From positions 1,344,001-1,408,000 of the forward strand of contig CAVTRN010000001.1 in the NCBI GenBank assembly GCA_963737155.1: a DNA stretch of 64,000 bases. Reading direction: 5' to 3'. Below the pieces are notes generated by a model. It was not told the origin of the DNA. It was given only the letters and a program-made list of their open reading frames with translations, and did not search any database. Shown piece by piece: positions 32,507-42,013 of this stretch. Each line of letters begins with the position of its first letter. Position 1 is the stretch's first letter. Made by a program: the position numbers and the translations under genes. Source of the stretch: Nitrospirota bacterium (GTDB lineage Bacteria > Nitrospirota > UBA9217).

Positions 32507-33645
32507 GCCTTTTTTTCTTCACAATATTTGCGGTTTACGGCGGGATTCATATTTATGCATTCTTGCTTGCTCGGAACGCGCTCGGCTTCGGCGCTGGAAC
32601 CGGCTTAGTCCTTGCACTTTTCATGGTTCTAATGGTAGCTGCGGTGTTTCTAATCCGCGCCCTCGAGGCCTACGCATATGAACGCACGGCCCGCGTGCTG
32701 GCTTACATCGCCTACATCTGGATGGCAATGCTGTTTCTCTTTTCCTCCGGTTCCTTCCTCATCGAAATCATCAACCTTCTCATTCGGAGTTCAGGCTGGT
32801 TAACGCGAACAAACGTTGCTTCCATCCTTGTCACGCCGCGTATCTCCTTCGCTGTTAGCCTGGCGCTTGCGCTTGCGATCAGCGCTTACGGTTATTTCGA
32901 AGCGCTCAACATCAGACCGGAGAGGGTCAGGATCGAAACAGAGAAACTTCCATCCGGGATGGACCACCTCACGATCGTACAGATCTCGGATGTGCATCTC
33001 GGCCTTATCATCCGGGATAACCGACTTAAAAAAATACTGGGCGTTGTCAAAGCCGCGAAACCCGATATCTTCATCTCCACAGGCGACCTCGTCGATGCAC
33101 AGATCAACCACCTGACGGGCCTTTCCGATCTTTTGCAGGCGGTAAAGCCCAAATATGGGAAATACGCCATCACCGGGAATCACGAATACTTTGCCGGTGT
33201 CCAAAAGGCGATCGATTTTACGAAGAAATCCGGATTCAAAGTCCTCCGGAATGAGGCTGTAGCAGACGGGCCAATTGCGATAGTCGGCGTAAATGATGGA
33301 ACAGGCGTCCGATTGGGTTTCGAGAAGCCCGTCGTCGAGAGTACGCTTTTCTCAAAGTCCCCACGGAGCAAATTCGTCCTTTTTCTGAAGCATCAACCGC
33401 TGATCGATCGGAACTTGCTGGGATTGTTTGACCTCCAGATTTCGGGCCATACACATAAGGGGCAGATTTTTCCTTTCACCCTGTTGACGCTTCTTTCCTA
33501 TCCGCTGAACGCGGGGGATTACACACTGGGCAAGGGATCATTCCTGCACGTTAGCCGCGGCACCGGCACCTGGGGCCCTCCGATCCGTTTCCTCTCGCCA
33601 CCGGAAGTAACGGTCTATGAGCTTGTGAGGAAACCCACCCTCTGA
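32503..33645 (+). CDS. Membrane-anchored metallophosphoesterase (YkuE-like)
   Basis: N-terminal TMs; SDVHLG, TGDLVD, GNHE, GHTHKGQ, SRGTGTWGPPIR. Confidence 0.9.
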   Translation: MSLFFFTIFAVYGGIHIYAFLLARNALGFGAGTGLVLALFMVLMVAAVFLIRALEAYAYERTARVLAYIAYIWMAMLFLFSSGSFLIEIINLLIRSSGWLTRTNVASILVTPRISFAVSLALALAISAYGYFEALNIRPERVRIETEKLPSGMDHLTIVQISDVHLGLIIRDNRLKKILGVVKAAKPDIFISTGDLVDAQINHLTGLSDLLQAVKPKYGKYAITGNHEYFAGVQKAIDFTKKSGFKVLRNEAVADGPIAIVGVNDGTGVRLGFEKPVVESTLFSKSPRSKFVLFLKHQPLIDRNLLGLFDLQISGHTHKGQIFPFTLLTLLSYPLNAGDYTLGKGSFLHVSRGTGTWGPPIRFLSPPEVTVYELVRKPTL

Positions 33646-33673
33646 TTTATCCCGCATAACTGGCGTGCTGCTG

Positions 33674-34250
33674 ATGAAAACGGCCGCTCCTTTTCTCCTC
33701 TCTTTTTCTCATGGTCCTGTCGGGATGCATGACCGAGCGCGTTCAGCCAGTCAAGGAATATCCTTTTTTTTGAGCTTAAGCTATCCACCTTTCTTGTGAA
33801 AAAAATAGAATACGATGGACGTGGACTTCCATTATTCTATAGCACCTTGCCTGATTGGCCGGGCAAACCCGAGGAAATGTTCGCTATCGTAAAGGACGTG
33901 AACGAAGTCATACGATATCGGGTCGTCGCGCAGCAGAAACCCGCTATGAACAAGCCCACAGGGGCTGTTTTCGAGTGGATCGCCAAGGGTTAGAAGGAGG
34001 CCGGGTCATCTCTAAGGGTAAGCTTCAATCGGTTTCCAGACTCGGGAAGAGAAGCTGCGGTATTATCTGGCGTTCAAAGCGGCCCCGCGGGTCATGGCAA
34101 GCGTTACCGGTTTCGTCGACTTTCTTACTTGAGGAACATGTCGAAGTGCCGGTGAAAATGGTATTTTTGTTATGCAGCGGACAGCGATATGCCCATAAAA
34201 CAGAAGACATCGGCGTGGTTGAAAAGAAAGTGTGGATGACCGTCCAGAGT
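33674..34250 (+). pseudogene. Decayed lipoprotein gene
   Basis: Removing one T from each of two T tracts gives MKTAAPFLLSFLMVLSG-C-MTERVQPVKEYPFFELKLSTFLVKKIEYDGRGLP..; further lesions downstream; 3' end approximate. Confidence 0.5.
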
Positions 34251-34268
34251 GAAAAAATGGCTCGCGTA

Positions 34269-34526
34269 CTATTTCTTTTGCGCCAGCCCGCCGGGGATCA
34301 CAAAGCGGTCCCGGATGATTCTCCTGAATCTTGGTGTGTAGATAAGCTCAAAGACATCTTCCTTCCCCGGGAAAAGATTGAGAGCCGCCTGCTTGGTACC
34401 CCTCATGATCTCGAAGGCTTCGCGCAGCGTCAAGTCGGTCTGTTGCATGAGGATTGCCTGGTTAAGATCCACGATAAACCGCAGCATCCTCATCCTCCTG
34501 TCTTCCTCGCGCAGCGATTCGTTCAT
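34269..34526 (-). CDS. Small hypothetical protein
   Basis: AGGAG RBS; 85 aa with LFPGKEDVFELIYTPRFRRII segment. Confidence 0.75.
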   Translation of the reverse strand: MNESLREEDRRMRMLRFIVDLNQAILMQQTDLTLREAFEIMRGTKQAALNLFPGKEDVFELIYTPRFRRIIRDRFVIPGGLAQKK

Positions 34527-34714
34527 TTTCTCTCCTTGAGTGATTTATGTCGCACGTTGACGCATGATACTGCTGTCGACTGTTTTTTTCAAGAGCGGAA
34601 AGGGGTACAAGGGTGATTAAGGACTAATTTTAGTTGTCCGGTTGTGCATTGAAAGGGAATATTGAAGGCTCGAAAAAGGCCTGGGCATTTGAATGATGAA
34701 TAATAAAGCAACGT

Positions 34715-34757
34715 AAACAAAGCAGGAAGGGCAGCCTTTAACCGCTTCCCTTCCTGC
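34715..34757 (-). terminator. Terminator downstream of moaAC
   Basis: GCAGGAAGGG..CCCTTCCTGC inverted repeat followed by TTTGTTT on the minus strand. Confidence 0.7.
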
Positions 34758-34900
34758 AGTTGATATCAGTATCCCCACTTGAAGTTTTGGTTTCATGGAG
34801 GTAACTTTTGCTGCTTATTTTTTGCCACCCTACTGGGGTCCTCCCCTCAAGAGAGGCGTGATAATTCGATTGAGATTCGCCCCAGCTTGACCGAAGAGGT

Positions 34901-35389
34901 TCATTCAGCGGCCCGTATGCGTTCGAAGGTTCCGCTTTTCCCGCCCGATTTTTTCAAAAGGACAATATTAGTTACTGTCATGGAGCGGTCCGCGGATTTG
35001 CACATATCGTAGATTGTGAGCCCCGCAACTGCAACTGCGGTCAGGGCTTCCATTTCAACGCCTGTCCGGTCGGTTGTCGTAACCGTGGCTCGGATCAGTA
35101 CGCTCGACATCTCATGGTCCGGTTCAAACGCAATCACGACTGCTGAAAGACGTAGCGGGTGGGTAAGGGGTATGAGTTCAGGAGTTTTTTTTGCAGCCAT
35201 GATGCCCGCCACTCGGGCAATGCCGAACACGTCTCCCTTGGCGACCTTCCGATCAAGAATGAGCGAGAGCGTTTCGGGCAGCATGGTGACACGGCCCTCG
35301 GCAATTGCCTCGCGAGCAGTTTCCTCTTTGCCCGAGACATCAACCATGCGCGCGGCGCCCTGATCGTCGAAATGCGTAAACTCAGCCAT
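34901..35389 (-). CDS. moaC: Cyclic pyranopterin monophosphate synthase
   Basis: [42 protein letters not shown]. Confidence 0.97.
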   Translation of the reverse strand: MAEFTHFDDQGAARMVDVSGKEETAREAIAEGRVTMLPETLSLILDRKVAKGDVFGIARVAGIMAAKKTPELIPLTHPLRLSAVVIAFEPDHEMSSVLIRATVTTTDRTGVEMEALTAVAVAGLTIYDMCKSADRSMTVTNIVLLKKSGGKSGTFERIRAAE

Positions 35390-35422
35390 GCTTTTTTATT
35401 GATCCTCTCTCATTCCTGGATT

Positions 35423-36412
35423 TTAACCCCCGATTTTCGACATGGTTCTCCGAAAGCATCCCGGTTCAGATTCCGAAAGGTGATGACACTTCGGCTTGAT
35501 CTCAAGAGCTCGCCTGAGCAGATGTTCGAGCTCCGCGTCATTGCATCCGCTTCGCAGGGGAGACTTGACATCGATCTCCCTGTCGGACAGAAGGCAGGGC
35601 CGCACCTTCCCGTCCGCGGTCAGCCGAAGACGCCTGCAGGAACCACAGAAATGCTTGCTGATGGGACTGATGAATCCAATCACACCCTGGGCGCAGGGTA
35701 TCTGGAAGTTGGCCGAAGGGCCTGCGGATGGGGATGACGTGAACGGCACGAGTGCGCCGAATTTCCTTTCAATCGCAGCACGGACTTGGTCCGATGATAT
35801 GCACTCATCCTTGTGCCAGCGGTCCTTTGCGCCGATTGGCATGAACTCGATAAAACGTACGTGGAGCCTTCGCTTAAGCGTTAAAAGGGCGAAATCAACG
35901 ACTTCATCGTCATTCAGCCCCCGAACCGGCACCATGTTCAGTTTGATCGGAAAAAAACCGAGCTCTTCAGCCCGGTTGATGCCGCGCCAGACCGCATGCC
36001 AGTTGTCGCTTCCAGTAATCTTATGGAACCTGTCAGGCTTCAAGGAGTCTAGGCTGATGTTGAGGCGCGGTTTCCCGGCTAGCACCAGGTTTTCAATCAT
36101 ATCTGCGAGAAGCACACCGTTCGTGGTCAGACTGATGTCCTCGACCCCTCTAAATCGACGAAGCGATGCGATAAGGTCGACGATGCCGCGCCTCAGGAGC
36201 GGTTCTCCGCCGGTCACCCGGATTCGGGAGATCCCGAGCCGCGCCGCAATGGACACGAGCCGTTGAATTTCCTCATAGGTTAGTATGTCCCGGTGCTCCA
36301 GCATCTTCATCTCCCCTCGGGGCTTGCAGTAGACACATGCAAGATTGCACCGGTCAGTCACGGAAATCCGCAGATAGTCGATGCGGCGGTGATAGGAGTC
36401 GACAAGTGTCAT
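35423..36412 (-). CDS. moaA: GTP 3',8-cyclase
   Basis: YLRISVTDRCNLACVYC, FCGSCRRLRLTADG..PCL, C-terminal IGG. Confidence 0.97.
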   Translation of the reverse strand: MTLVDSYHRRIDYLRISVTDRCNLACVYCKPRGEMKMLEHRDILTYEEIQRLVSIAARLGISRIRVTGGEPLLRRGIVDLIASLRRFRGVEDISLTTNGVLLADMIENLVLAGKPRLNISLDSLKPDRFHKITGSDNWHAVWRGINRAEELGFFPIKLNMVPVRGLNDDEVVDFALLTLKRRLHVRFIEFMPIGAKDRWHKDECISSDQVRAAIERKFGALVPFTSSPSAGPSANFQIPCAQGVIGFISPISKHFCGSCRRLRLTADGKVRPCLLSDREIDVKSPLRSGCNDAELEHLLRRALEIKPKCHHLSESEPGCFRRTMSKIGG

Positions 36413-36496
36413 GGAAAAACTTTACCACAGAGGGTGGGGTTGTTCAAGATAAAACTCATGGCAGGCGTTGACACGAATAGCACGAAAATGCCCGGG

Positions 36497-37598
36497 TCAT
36501 TCGATTTTTATCCAGCGGCCATTTTTTTTCTCAACTTTAAAAAGCAGCTTGATTGAGGCGTTGTCCCCGCAGTAGATATATTTCATATGTGTCTCCGAAA
36601 ACCGCACCTCAACCAAGTAGGTGCTTTTGCAGAAAACCAGTTTTTTCAACATCCTCTCATCGAGCCATGACTCATTCGCCGGAAGGGCTTGAAGTTTGGA
36701 AACATCATATTTCAGATCTTTCTCATTCCTAGGTAAATCATGATTGCTGAAGAAATCGCCAATTTTTTTCATGAGCACGGCTTCTGCTTGCCTGCTGCTT
36801 GTCGTTAAACCGTTTAAAACGGGTTCTTTTGCAGATGCCCTTGTCTTTTCTGCAATGGCGAAGGAGCGTTGCTCGACCTCTAGGTGGGGCGTCTTCTTCT
36901 TAGATGCCACAGCGTAATCCTGCAGATTTGTGCAGGCAGGAGCCTCAGATGCTGGGGTGGTTTTTTCCATGCGTACTGATTCCCCTGCAGGTGCGGCCTG
37001 CTTTGCACGATTGGCCTTATCGAAGGTGGTAGCTGTTTCTTCGTCCTTGCGAACCGGCAGCGAAGGTGCCGTGTATTCAAGTTTCATATCCAGTGATTTG
37101 TAGGCCTGCGATTGTGGGATCTGCTGTGAAGGGAGTGAGGAGTTTTCTTCTTTACGCAGACCATTCAGTTCTTGATCAGACAGGGATAACCCAGGGCTCG
37201 CAGCATACTGCCCCGTTGAGAAACGTTTCGCCGGCAGTTTAAGGGATCGGGATGAGAGGTCAATGTTCCTATAGACATAGAACGCGCTGACGATCAGCAA
37301 GATAATAACCGCGGCGTGGATCGGCATTTTGATGAGGAGCGGGAAAAAGAGTTTTTGGAACAGACTTTTTTGCTCAGTCTTTTCTGAATGGATCCTTACC
37401 ATGATTTTCTTTGTTATCCAGTTGAGGCTCCATGTCCTCGATGGTCTGCATGTGCACGATGGTTTTTTGCAATTCGAGAAAAGCATCGTTGCAGACCGAA
37501 CACGTCTGGAGATGGGCGTCTATTTCTGCTTTTTCTTCAACCGTGACCGAACCGTCGATATATTCGGAAAGCCTGTGACGTATTTCATTATGTCCCAT
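36497..37598 (-). pseudogene. Frameshifted zf-HC2 anti-sigma factor
   Basis: MGHNEIRHRLSEYIDG..HLQTCSVC (ZAS motif) shifts frame near 37424 (EDMEP/NWITKKIM) into the TM-containing 36497-37486 ORF. Confidence 0.8.
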
Positions 37599-37599
37599 T

Positions 37600-38410
37600 G
37601 AAGATCTCCTACAACATGCTAAAGTCAGTCTTTTTTGCCATTTTGTTTTTCTGAACAAGTGAGTTTTTACCGTTTTCGCGTAATTTCAGCACGCTTCTTA
37701 TACCATCATGAGGAAAATCCTGAAAATCGCAGATGTATCGTCAAACTATTAAGCTTAGAACACAGAGAACATACGGTATTCAGTGAGTTATCAGTCACTG
37801 GTATTTCCCCCCAGATGCCTCTTATTACCCAGCGTTTCTGATCCTTGATGGATCAACGACGAGAGCACAGGGTATCTTATTGAAAAAACAGGCGCGGCAT
37901 TTAGTTGGCATTTCTTTGCGGCCTCTGTGTTTCATTCTTGCCTATCTGGTATTCATAAAACTTTCGACTACATCATCGGGAGAGTCAGTACCTCACGAAA
38001 TCCTTGTCCGTACATCTGAGCCTTTAGTTGTACCTCCTGCCGTTTGAGTCTGATGAGCGCAGACTTTTCTTTTGAAGGCGAGTAAATTGTGATTTGGCCG
38101 CCGTTTGTCAAAAAACGGTTCGTCAAGAGAAAATGCCTCGCATTCATTGTTTAAGCCCGTTCTTCAAGGGGCTAACGATTATGCCTGTCAGCTAAGTAGT
38201 GAATTTAGACTCTCCCCAGAAGGAACCGAGATTTTTGTACAGTGGCACAAATGTGTTCTGCACGGCCTCGTAGGCTTCCCCATAAACATTTGTACGTCAG
38301 CAAGTATTTTGTTTAGCATCCTTTTCTGTTGTCTGCTCACCGGCGTCTCGAAGCGTTCAGATCGACCTGCTGTAACGAGGGTACAATGGTTGCATCGGTC
38401 CGATCCAAAC
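37600..38410 (-). pseudogene. Decayed ECF sigma factor, interrupted by a ~250-bp insertion
   Basis: Region 2 remnant AFETPVSRQQKRMLN..EAVQNTFVPLYKNLGSFWGESKFTT*LTGI; region 4 remnants FREVLTL and VLKL..VKTHLFR; directly upstream of the anti-sigma gene. Confidence 0.75.
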
Positions 38411-38553
38411 ATTTCGCTACTTCCTGTTTTTTGAGACAATGCTGCCGCAGGCTATGTACCATTTTGCATGGTATGATGATTGTATCTCAAAAATTTTACT
38501 TTTGCATTGCTAAAATGATATTATAAATGATAAAGAGTAAAAAGGAGGACACT

Positions 38554-38772
38554 ATGACGGAGAAAGTAAAAATTTTCGGGAAAGCGAGCTGACCGCATAC
38601 AGAAAAAGCCAGGTCGGCTTTTCGCGACAATGCGGTCTACTATGATGTCAAGGCGGAAAGTGAAAAACTGGATGAGATGCTGAGATATTCAAAGGGTGTG
38701 CGGAAGGTACCGACTATCGTGGAAGGTGGCAAGGTAAGCATCGGCTATGACGGCGGCGCATGAGGAGTATAG
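38554..38772 (+). CDS. Glutaredoxin-like selenoprotein with two Sec codons (UXX-star-like family)
   Basis: AAGGAGG RBS; MTEKVKIFGKAS-U-PHTEKARSAF..RKVPTIVEGGKVSIGYDGGA-U-GV*; TGA at 38590 and 38761, each followed by a SECIS-like hairpin. Confidence 0.85.
38602..38623 (+). promoter_or_regulatory. SECIS-like hairpin for UGA 38590
   Basis: AAAAGCC-AGGTC-GGCTTTT; loop resembles the E. coli fdhF SECIS AGGUCU at similar spacing from UGA. Confidence 0.75.
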
Positions 38773-38791
38773 GGGCGGCGGTCTGCCGCCC
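38773..38791 (+). promoter_or_regulatory. SECIS-like hairpin for UGA 38761 (in the 3' UTR)
   Basis: GGGCGGC-GGTCT-GCCGCCC, no T tail, GGT 16 nt after the UGA. Confidence 0.7.
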
Positions 38792-38890
38792 AGAGTTATA
38801 TTTTGCCAAGGGTCAGAGAGCTGATCGGCAGTAATGATTACAAAAACGATATTTCTAGGCAAAAATATTTTGAGAGGAAGAAGATAAAGA

Positions 38891-39448
38891 ATGACTCTAA
38901 GCGGTTTTGTCCTAAATAAGGAAGAGGCAGTGCTTTTGATTATTGATTTTCAGGAGCGTCTTGCCGCAATCATGAAGGAGAAAGACAAAGTCGTGAAAAA
39001 CTGCCAGCACCTGCTTGAGTTGGCGAAAATGCAGGGTATCCCGGTCGTCGTGACTGAGCAGTATCCCAAAGGCTTGGGCAGAACCGTGCCTGAGCTCCGG
39101 TCGGCAGTTCCGGACTATAAACCGATTGAAAAAACGGCCTTCAACTGCTGTGGAGAGCCGGCATTCGTAGCGGACATCAAAAAACTTGGGAAGAAGCAGA
39201 TTGTCATTACCGGCATGGAGACGCATATTTGTGTGCTCCAAACCACGATAGGGCTCTTACAGCTTGGCTTCACCGTTCATGCTGTGCAAGATGCAATAAT
39301 TTCGCGAACAAAGGATAACTGGAGGACCGGGATTGCGTTCATGCGTGATGCCGGCGCTGTCGTGACGTGCACGGAGACGGTTCTGTTCCAGCTCCTTAAG
39401 GTCGCGGGTACTGAGGAGTTTAAAAGAATATCGCAGAGAATAAAATGA
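38891..39448 (+). CDS. Isochorismatase-family (YcaC-like) cysteine hydrolase
   Basis: IIDFQERL, TEQYPKGLG.TV, GMETHICVLQT. Confidence 0.92.
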   Translation: MTLSGFVLNKEEAVLLIIDFQERLAAIMKEKDKVVKNCQHLLELAKMQGIPVVVTEQYPKGLGRTVPELRSAVPDYKPIEKTAFNCCGEPAFVADIKKLGKKQIVITGMETHICVLQTTIGLLQLGFTVHAVQDAIISRTKDNWRTGIAFMRDAGAVVTCTETVLFQLLKVAGTEEFKRISQRIK

Positions 39449-39549
39449 TGAAGGAGATGGAAGTCGGTAAACTTGGCACTACATTGGACTAAAACAAATC
39501 CACGAACATTTGAATCAGCCTGTTTCCTGACTTCTCACAGAGGTTCACT

Positions 39550-41217
39550 ATGGTGCAACAACAAATTATCCCAGACGATGTAAAGAAGGTAATTAAAGAA
39601 ACATTTGATCAGGGGTTCAGGGAAGACATTGTCGTCGAGGTTTATACCCAGAAGGGCACGAATGACCAGTTTAACGATGCGGCAATTGCCCTCCTTCAAT
39701 CCCTTGCCGAGCTCTCGGACAAACTGAAGGTGTCCTACCATACCGTGGGTGATGAACAATCGGCGAAGCGTAATGTCACGCGTACGCCGACAGTGCTCAT
39801 TGCTCCGGACAAATATCATATTCGCTACACGGGTGCCCCAGTCGGCGAAGAAGGAAGGTCGTTCATGATCTCTCTCATGATGGCCTCCACCGGGAATACC
39901 ATTCTGACAGAGCCCGCATTGGCAAAAATCAGGGAGCAGCTGCATGATAAGCGGGATATCAGGGTTTTCGTCAGCCCCACCTGTCCCTACTGCCCGCAGC
40001 AGGTTCTTGCCGCATTCTCGGCCGCGATCGCTGCACCCGATCTCGTGTCGGCCGAGGCCGTCGAGATCTACGAAAACCAAGAACTAGCGGAGAGTCTCGG
40101 GTCACTGGCTGTGCCGCAGACTTTCATCAACAATACCTTTACGGGAGCGGGGCTCCAGCCGGAGCCGTGGTTCGTGGAATCGCTGCTTTCGCTCAAGGAG
40201 CCCCAGGTCGCGTCAACGCAGATTTCCGGTGAACCTGTGGAGAAGGACCTTGTCATCATAGGCGGTGGACCGGCTGGACTGACGGCGGCGATTTATGCCG
40301 AGCGCGCAGGGCTCGACTGTATAGTGGTTGAGAAGAGCAACCTCGGCGGCCAGGTGGCGATTACACCGGTCGTGGAGAATTATCCTGGCTTTATGCGCAT
40401 CGGTGGCAAAAGCCTCATAGACCTCATTGCTCAGCAGGCGGCCCAATATTCCGAGATACATATTGGTGAGTTCGTGACGGAGGTGTCAAGAGACCGTGAG
40501 GACGGCAGGTTCTCGCTCAAAACGAATCATGCCATTTACCTCACCAAGGGCATAGTTATTGCCACCGGCGTGGGTAACCGGGCGCTGGAAGCACAGGGCG
40601 CGCAGAAATTCTACGGAAGAGGAGTCAGCTACTGCGCAACCTGCGATGGCTACTTCTTCAAGGACGGGAAACAGGTGCTTGTGGTAGGAGGCGGTAACAC
40701 GGCGATTACCGATGCGCTCTACCTTCACAACATCGGCGCAAAGGTGATGTTGGTACATCGGCGTGATGAACTCCGGGCGGAAGCGAGGCTCCAGGAGAGC
40801 TTCCGACAGGCTGATATTCCGGCGCTGTGGAACAGCGAAGTCCGGGAGATCACGGGAGAAAAAGTTGTCAAAGCTGTAAAGATTGAAGACAAGAAGAGCG
40901 GCAAGGTCAAAGAATTGGTCATGGATGGGGTTTTTGTCGCCATCGGTTACGTTCCGAACAATGACCTCGCGAAACAGCTCGGCCTTGAGCTCGACGATCA
41001 GGGATACATCAAGACCGATCTCATGACCATGCGGACATCGGTTCTCGGAGTGTACGCCGCGGGCGATATCACGGGCGCGCCGAAACAGATTGTCGTCGCT
41101 GTGTCGCACGGTTCTACGGCCGCCATGACGGCATTTGAAGATCTCACGAGCCCATCTTGGCTGAAACAGGAAAAAGTGATCGGGGCGGCCGCAGCCGCGA
41201 AAGCCCAGGTTGGGTAA
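39550..41217 (+). CDS. AhpF-like thioredoxin-fold + thioredoxin reductase fusion
   Basis: N-terminal Trx folds with CPYC and AVPQT; GGGPAG, SYCATCDG, GGGNTA, AAGD TrxR motifs. Confidence 0.9.
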   Translation: MVQQQIIPDDVKKVIKETFDQGFREDIVVEVYTQKGTNDQFNDAAIALLQSLAELSDKLKVSYHTVGDEQSAKRNVTRTPTVLIAPDKYHIRYTGAPVGEEGRSFMISLMMASTGNTILTEPALAKIREQLHDKRDIRVFVSPTCPYCPQQVLAAFSAAIAAPDLVSAEAVEIYENQELAESLGSLAVPQTFINNTFTGAGLQPEPWFVESLLSLKEPQVASTQISGEPVEKDLVIIGGGPAGLTAAIYAERAGLDCIVVEKSNLGGQVAITPVVENYPGFMRIGGKSLIDLIAQQAAQYSEIHIGEFVTEVSRDREDGRFSLKTNHAIYLTKGIVIATGVGNRALEAQGAQKFYGRGVSYCATCDGYFFKDGKQVLVVGGGNTAITDALYLHNIGAKVMLVHRRDELRAEARLQESFRQADIPALWNSEVREITGEKVVKAVKIEDKKSGKVKELVMDGVFVAIGYVPNNDLAKQLGLELDDQGYIKTDLMTMRTSVLGVYAAGDITGAPKQIVVAVSHGSTAAMTAFEDLTSPSWLKQEKVIGAAAAAKAQVG

Positions 41218-41318
41218 TACTGCCGTAGCAGGCATGAAGAGATAGTCGGCCAAAGGAGAGAAGTGACGAGTCGAGGGGCCGCACCGCCAATGCGACGCCC
41301 CTCGTTAAAGCTGGCAGT

Positions 41319-41897
41319 TTAGTTAAACTGTACCGTCGGCACTTGCTTTTCCGCCTGCGGAATTTCATAGTATTGGGCTTCGTTCACTCCTGCCAGGGAA
41401 GCAAAGAATCTTCCAAATACGGTCCTTCGATAAGTGTTGAGCGCCTTCACGTCGTCATTGTACCGCATCCGTTCCACGGCGATCCGGTTTTCCGTTCCCT
41501 CTAGGCTGTCCTGCAGCTTCAGGAATGATTCATTGGCTTTGAGCTGGGGATAGGATTCCTGCAGCATCAAGAGACGAGAAAGGACCCCTTCCAATTGCTG
41601 CGATGACTGGATCTTGTCCTTCACTGTGGCCGCCTGAAAATATTTTGTTCGCGCATTTGCGATATTTTCGAACAGTTCCTTCTCGTGTTTGGCGTACCCT
41701 TTCACGGTTTCCACGAGATTCGGGATCAAATCGTAGCGCCGCTTCAACTGGTTTTCTACTTGGGCCCACTGCGATTTCACCTGTTCATCCATGGACACAA
41801 CCTGATTGTACTGGCTTATCCCCCATGTAAAGCTACCGATAGCGATGAGCGCGACAACTGCCAAAATAATCAATAACACCTTAACTCCGTTGCTCAT
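41319..41897 (-). CDS. lemA: LemA family protein
   Basis: N-terminal TM; QLKRRYDLIPNLVETVKGYAKHE, YPQLKANESF, LEGTENRIAVER. Confidence 0.95.
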   Translation of the reverse strand: MSNGVKVLLIILAVVALIAIGSFTWGISQYNQVVSMDEQVKSQWAQVENQLKRRYDLIPNLVETVKGYAKHEKELFENIANARTKYFQAATVKDKIQSSQQLEGVLSRLLMLQESYPQLKANESFLKLQDSLEGTENRIAVERMRYNDDVKALNTYRRTVFGRFFASLAGVNEAQYYEIPQAEKQVPTVQFN

Positions 41898-42013
41898 TTT
41901 TCCTCCTAATAAGAACAGTCTTTTTTAGGGCCTGAGTTCTGAGTGCGAAGCATACATGCTGGAAAAGTTATGGATCGTAGACTCGAGACTAATAAAACTG
42001 AAAACGAATCTAT

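Noticed and set aside
33855-34616. 253-aa plus-strand ORF
   Set aside because: Chimera of lipoprotein pseudogene frames and the antisense of the 34269-34526 gene
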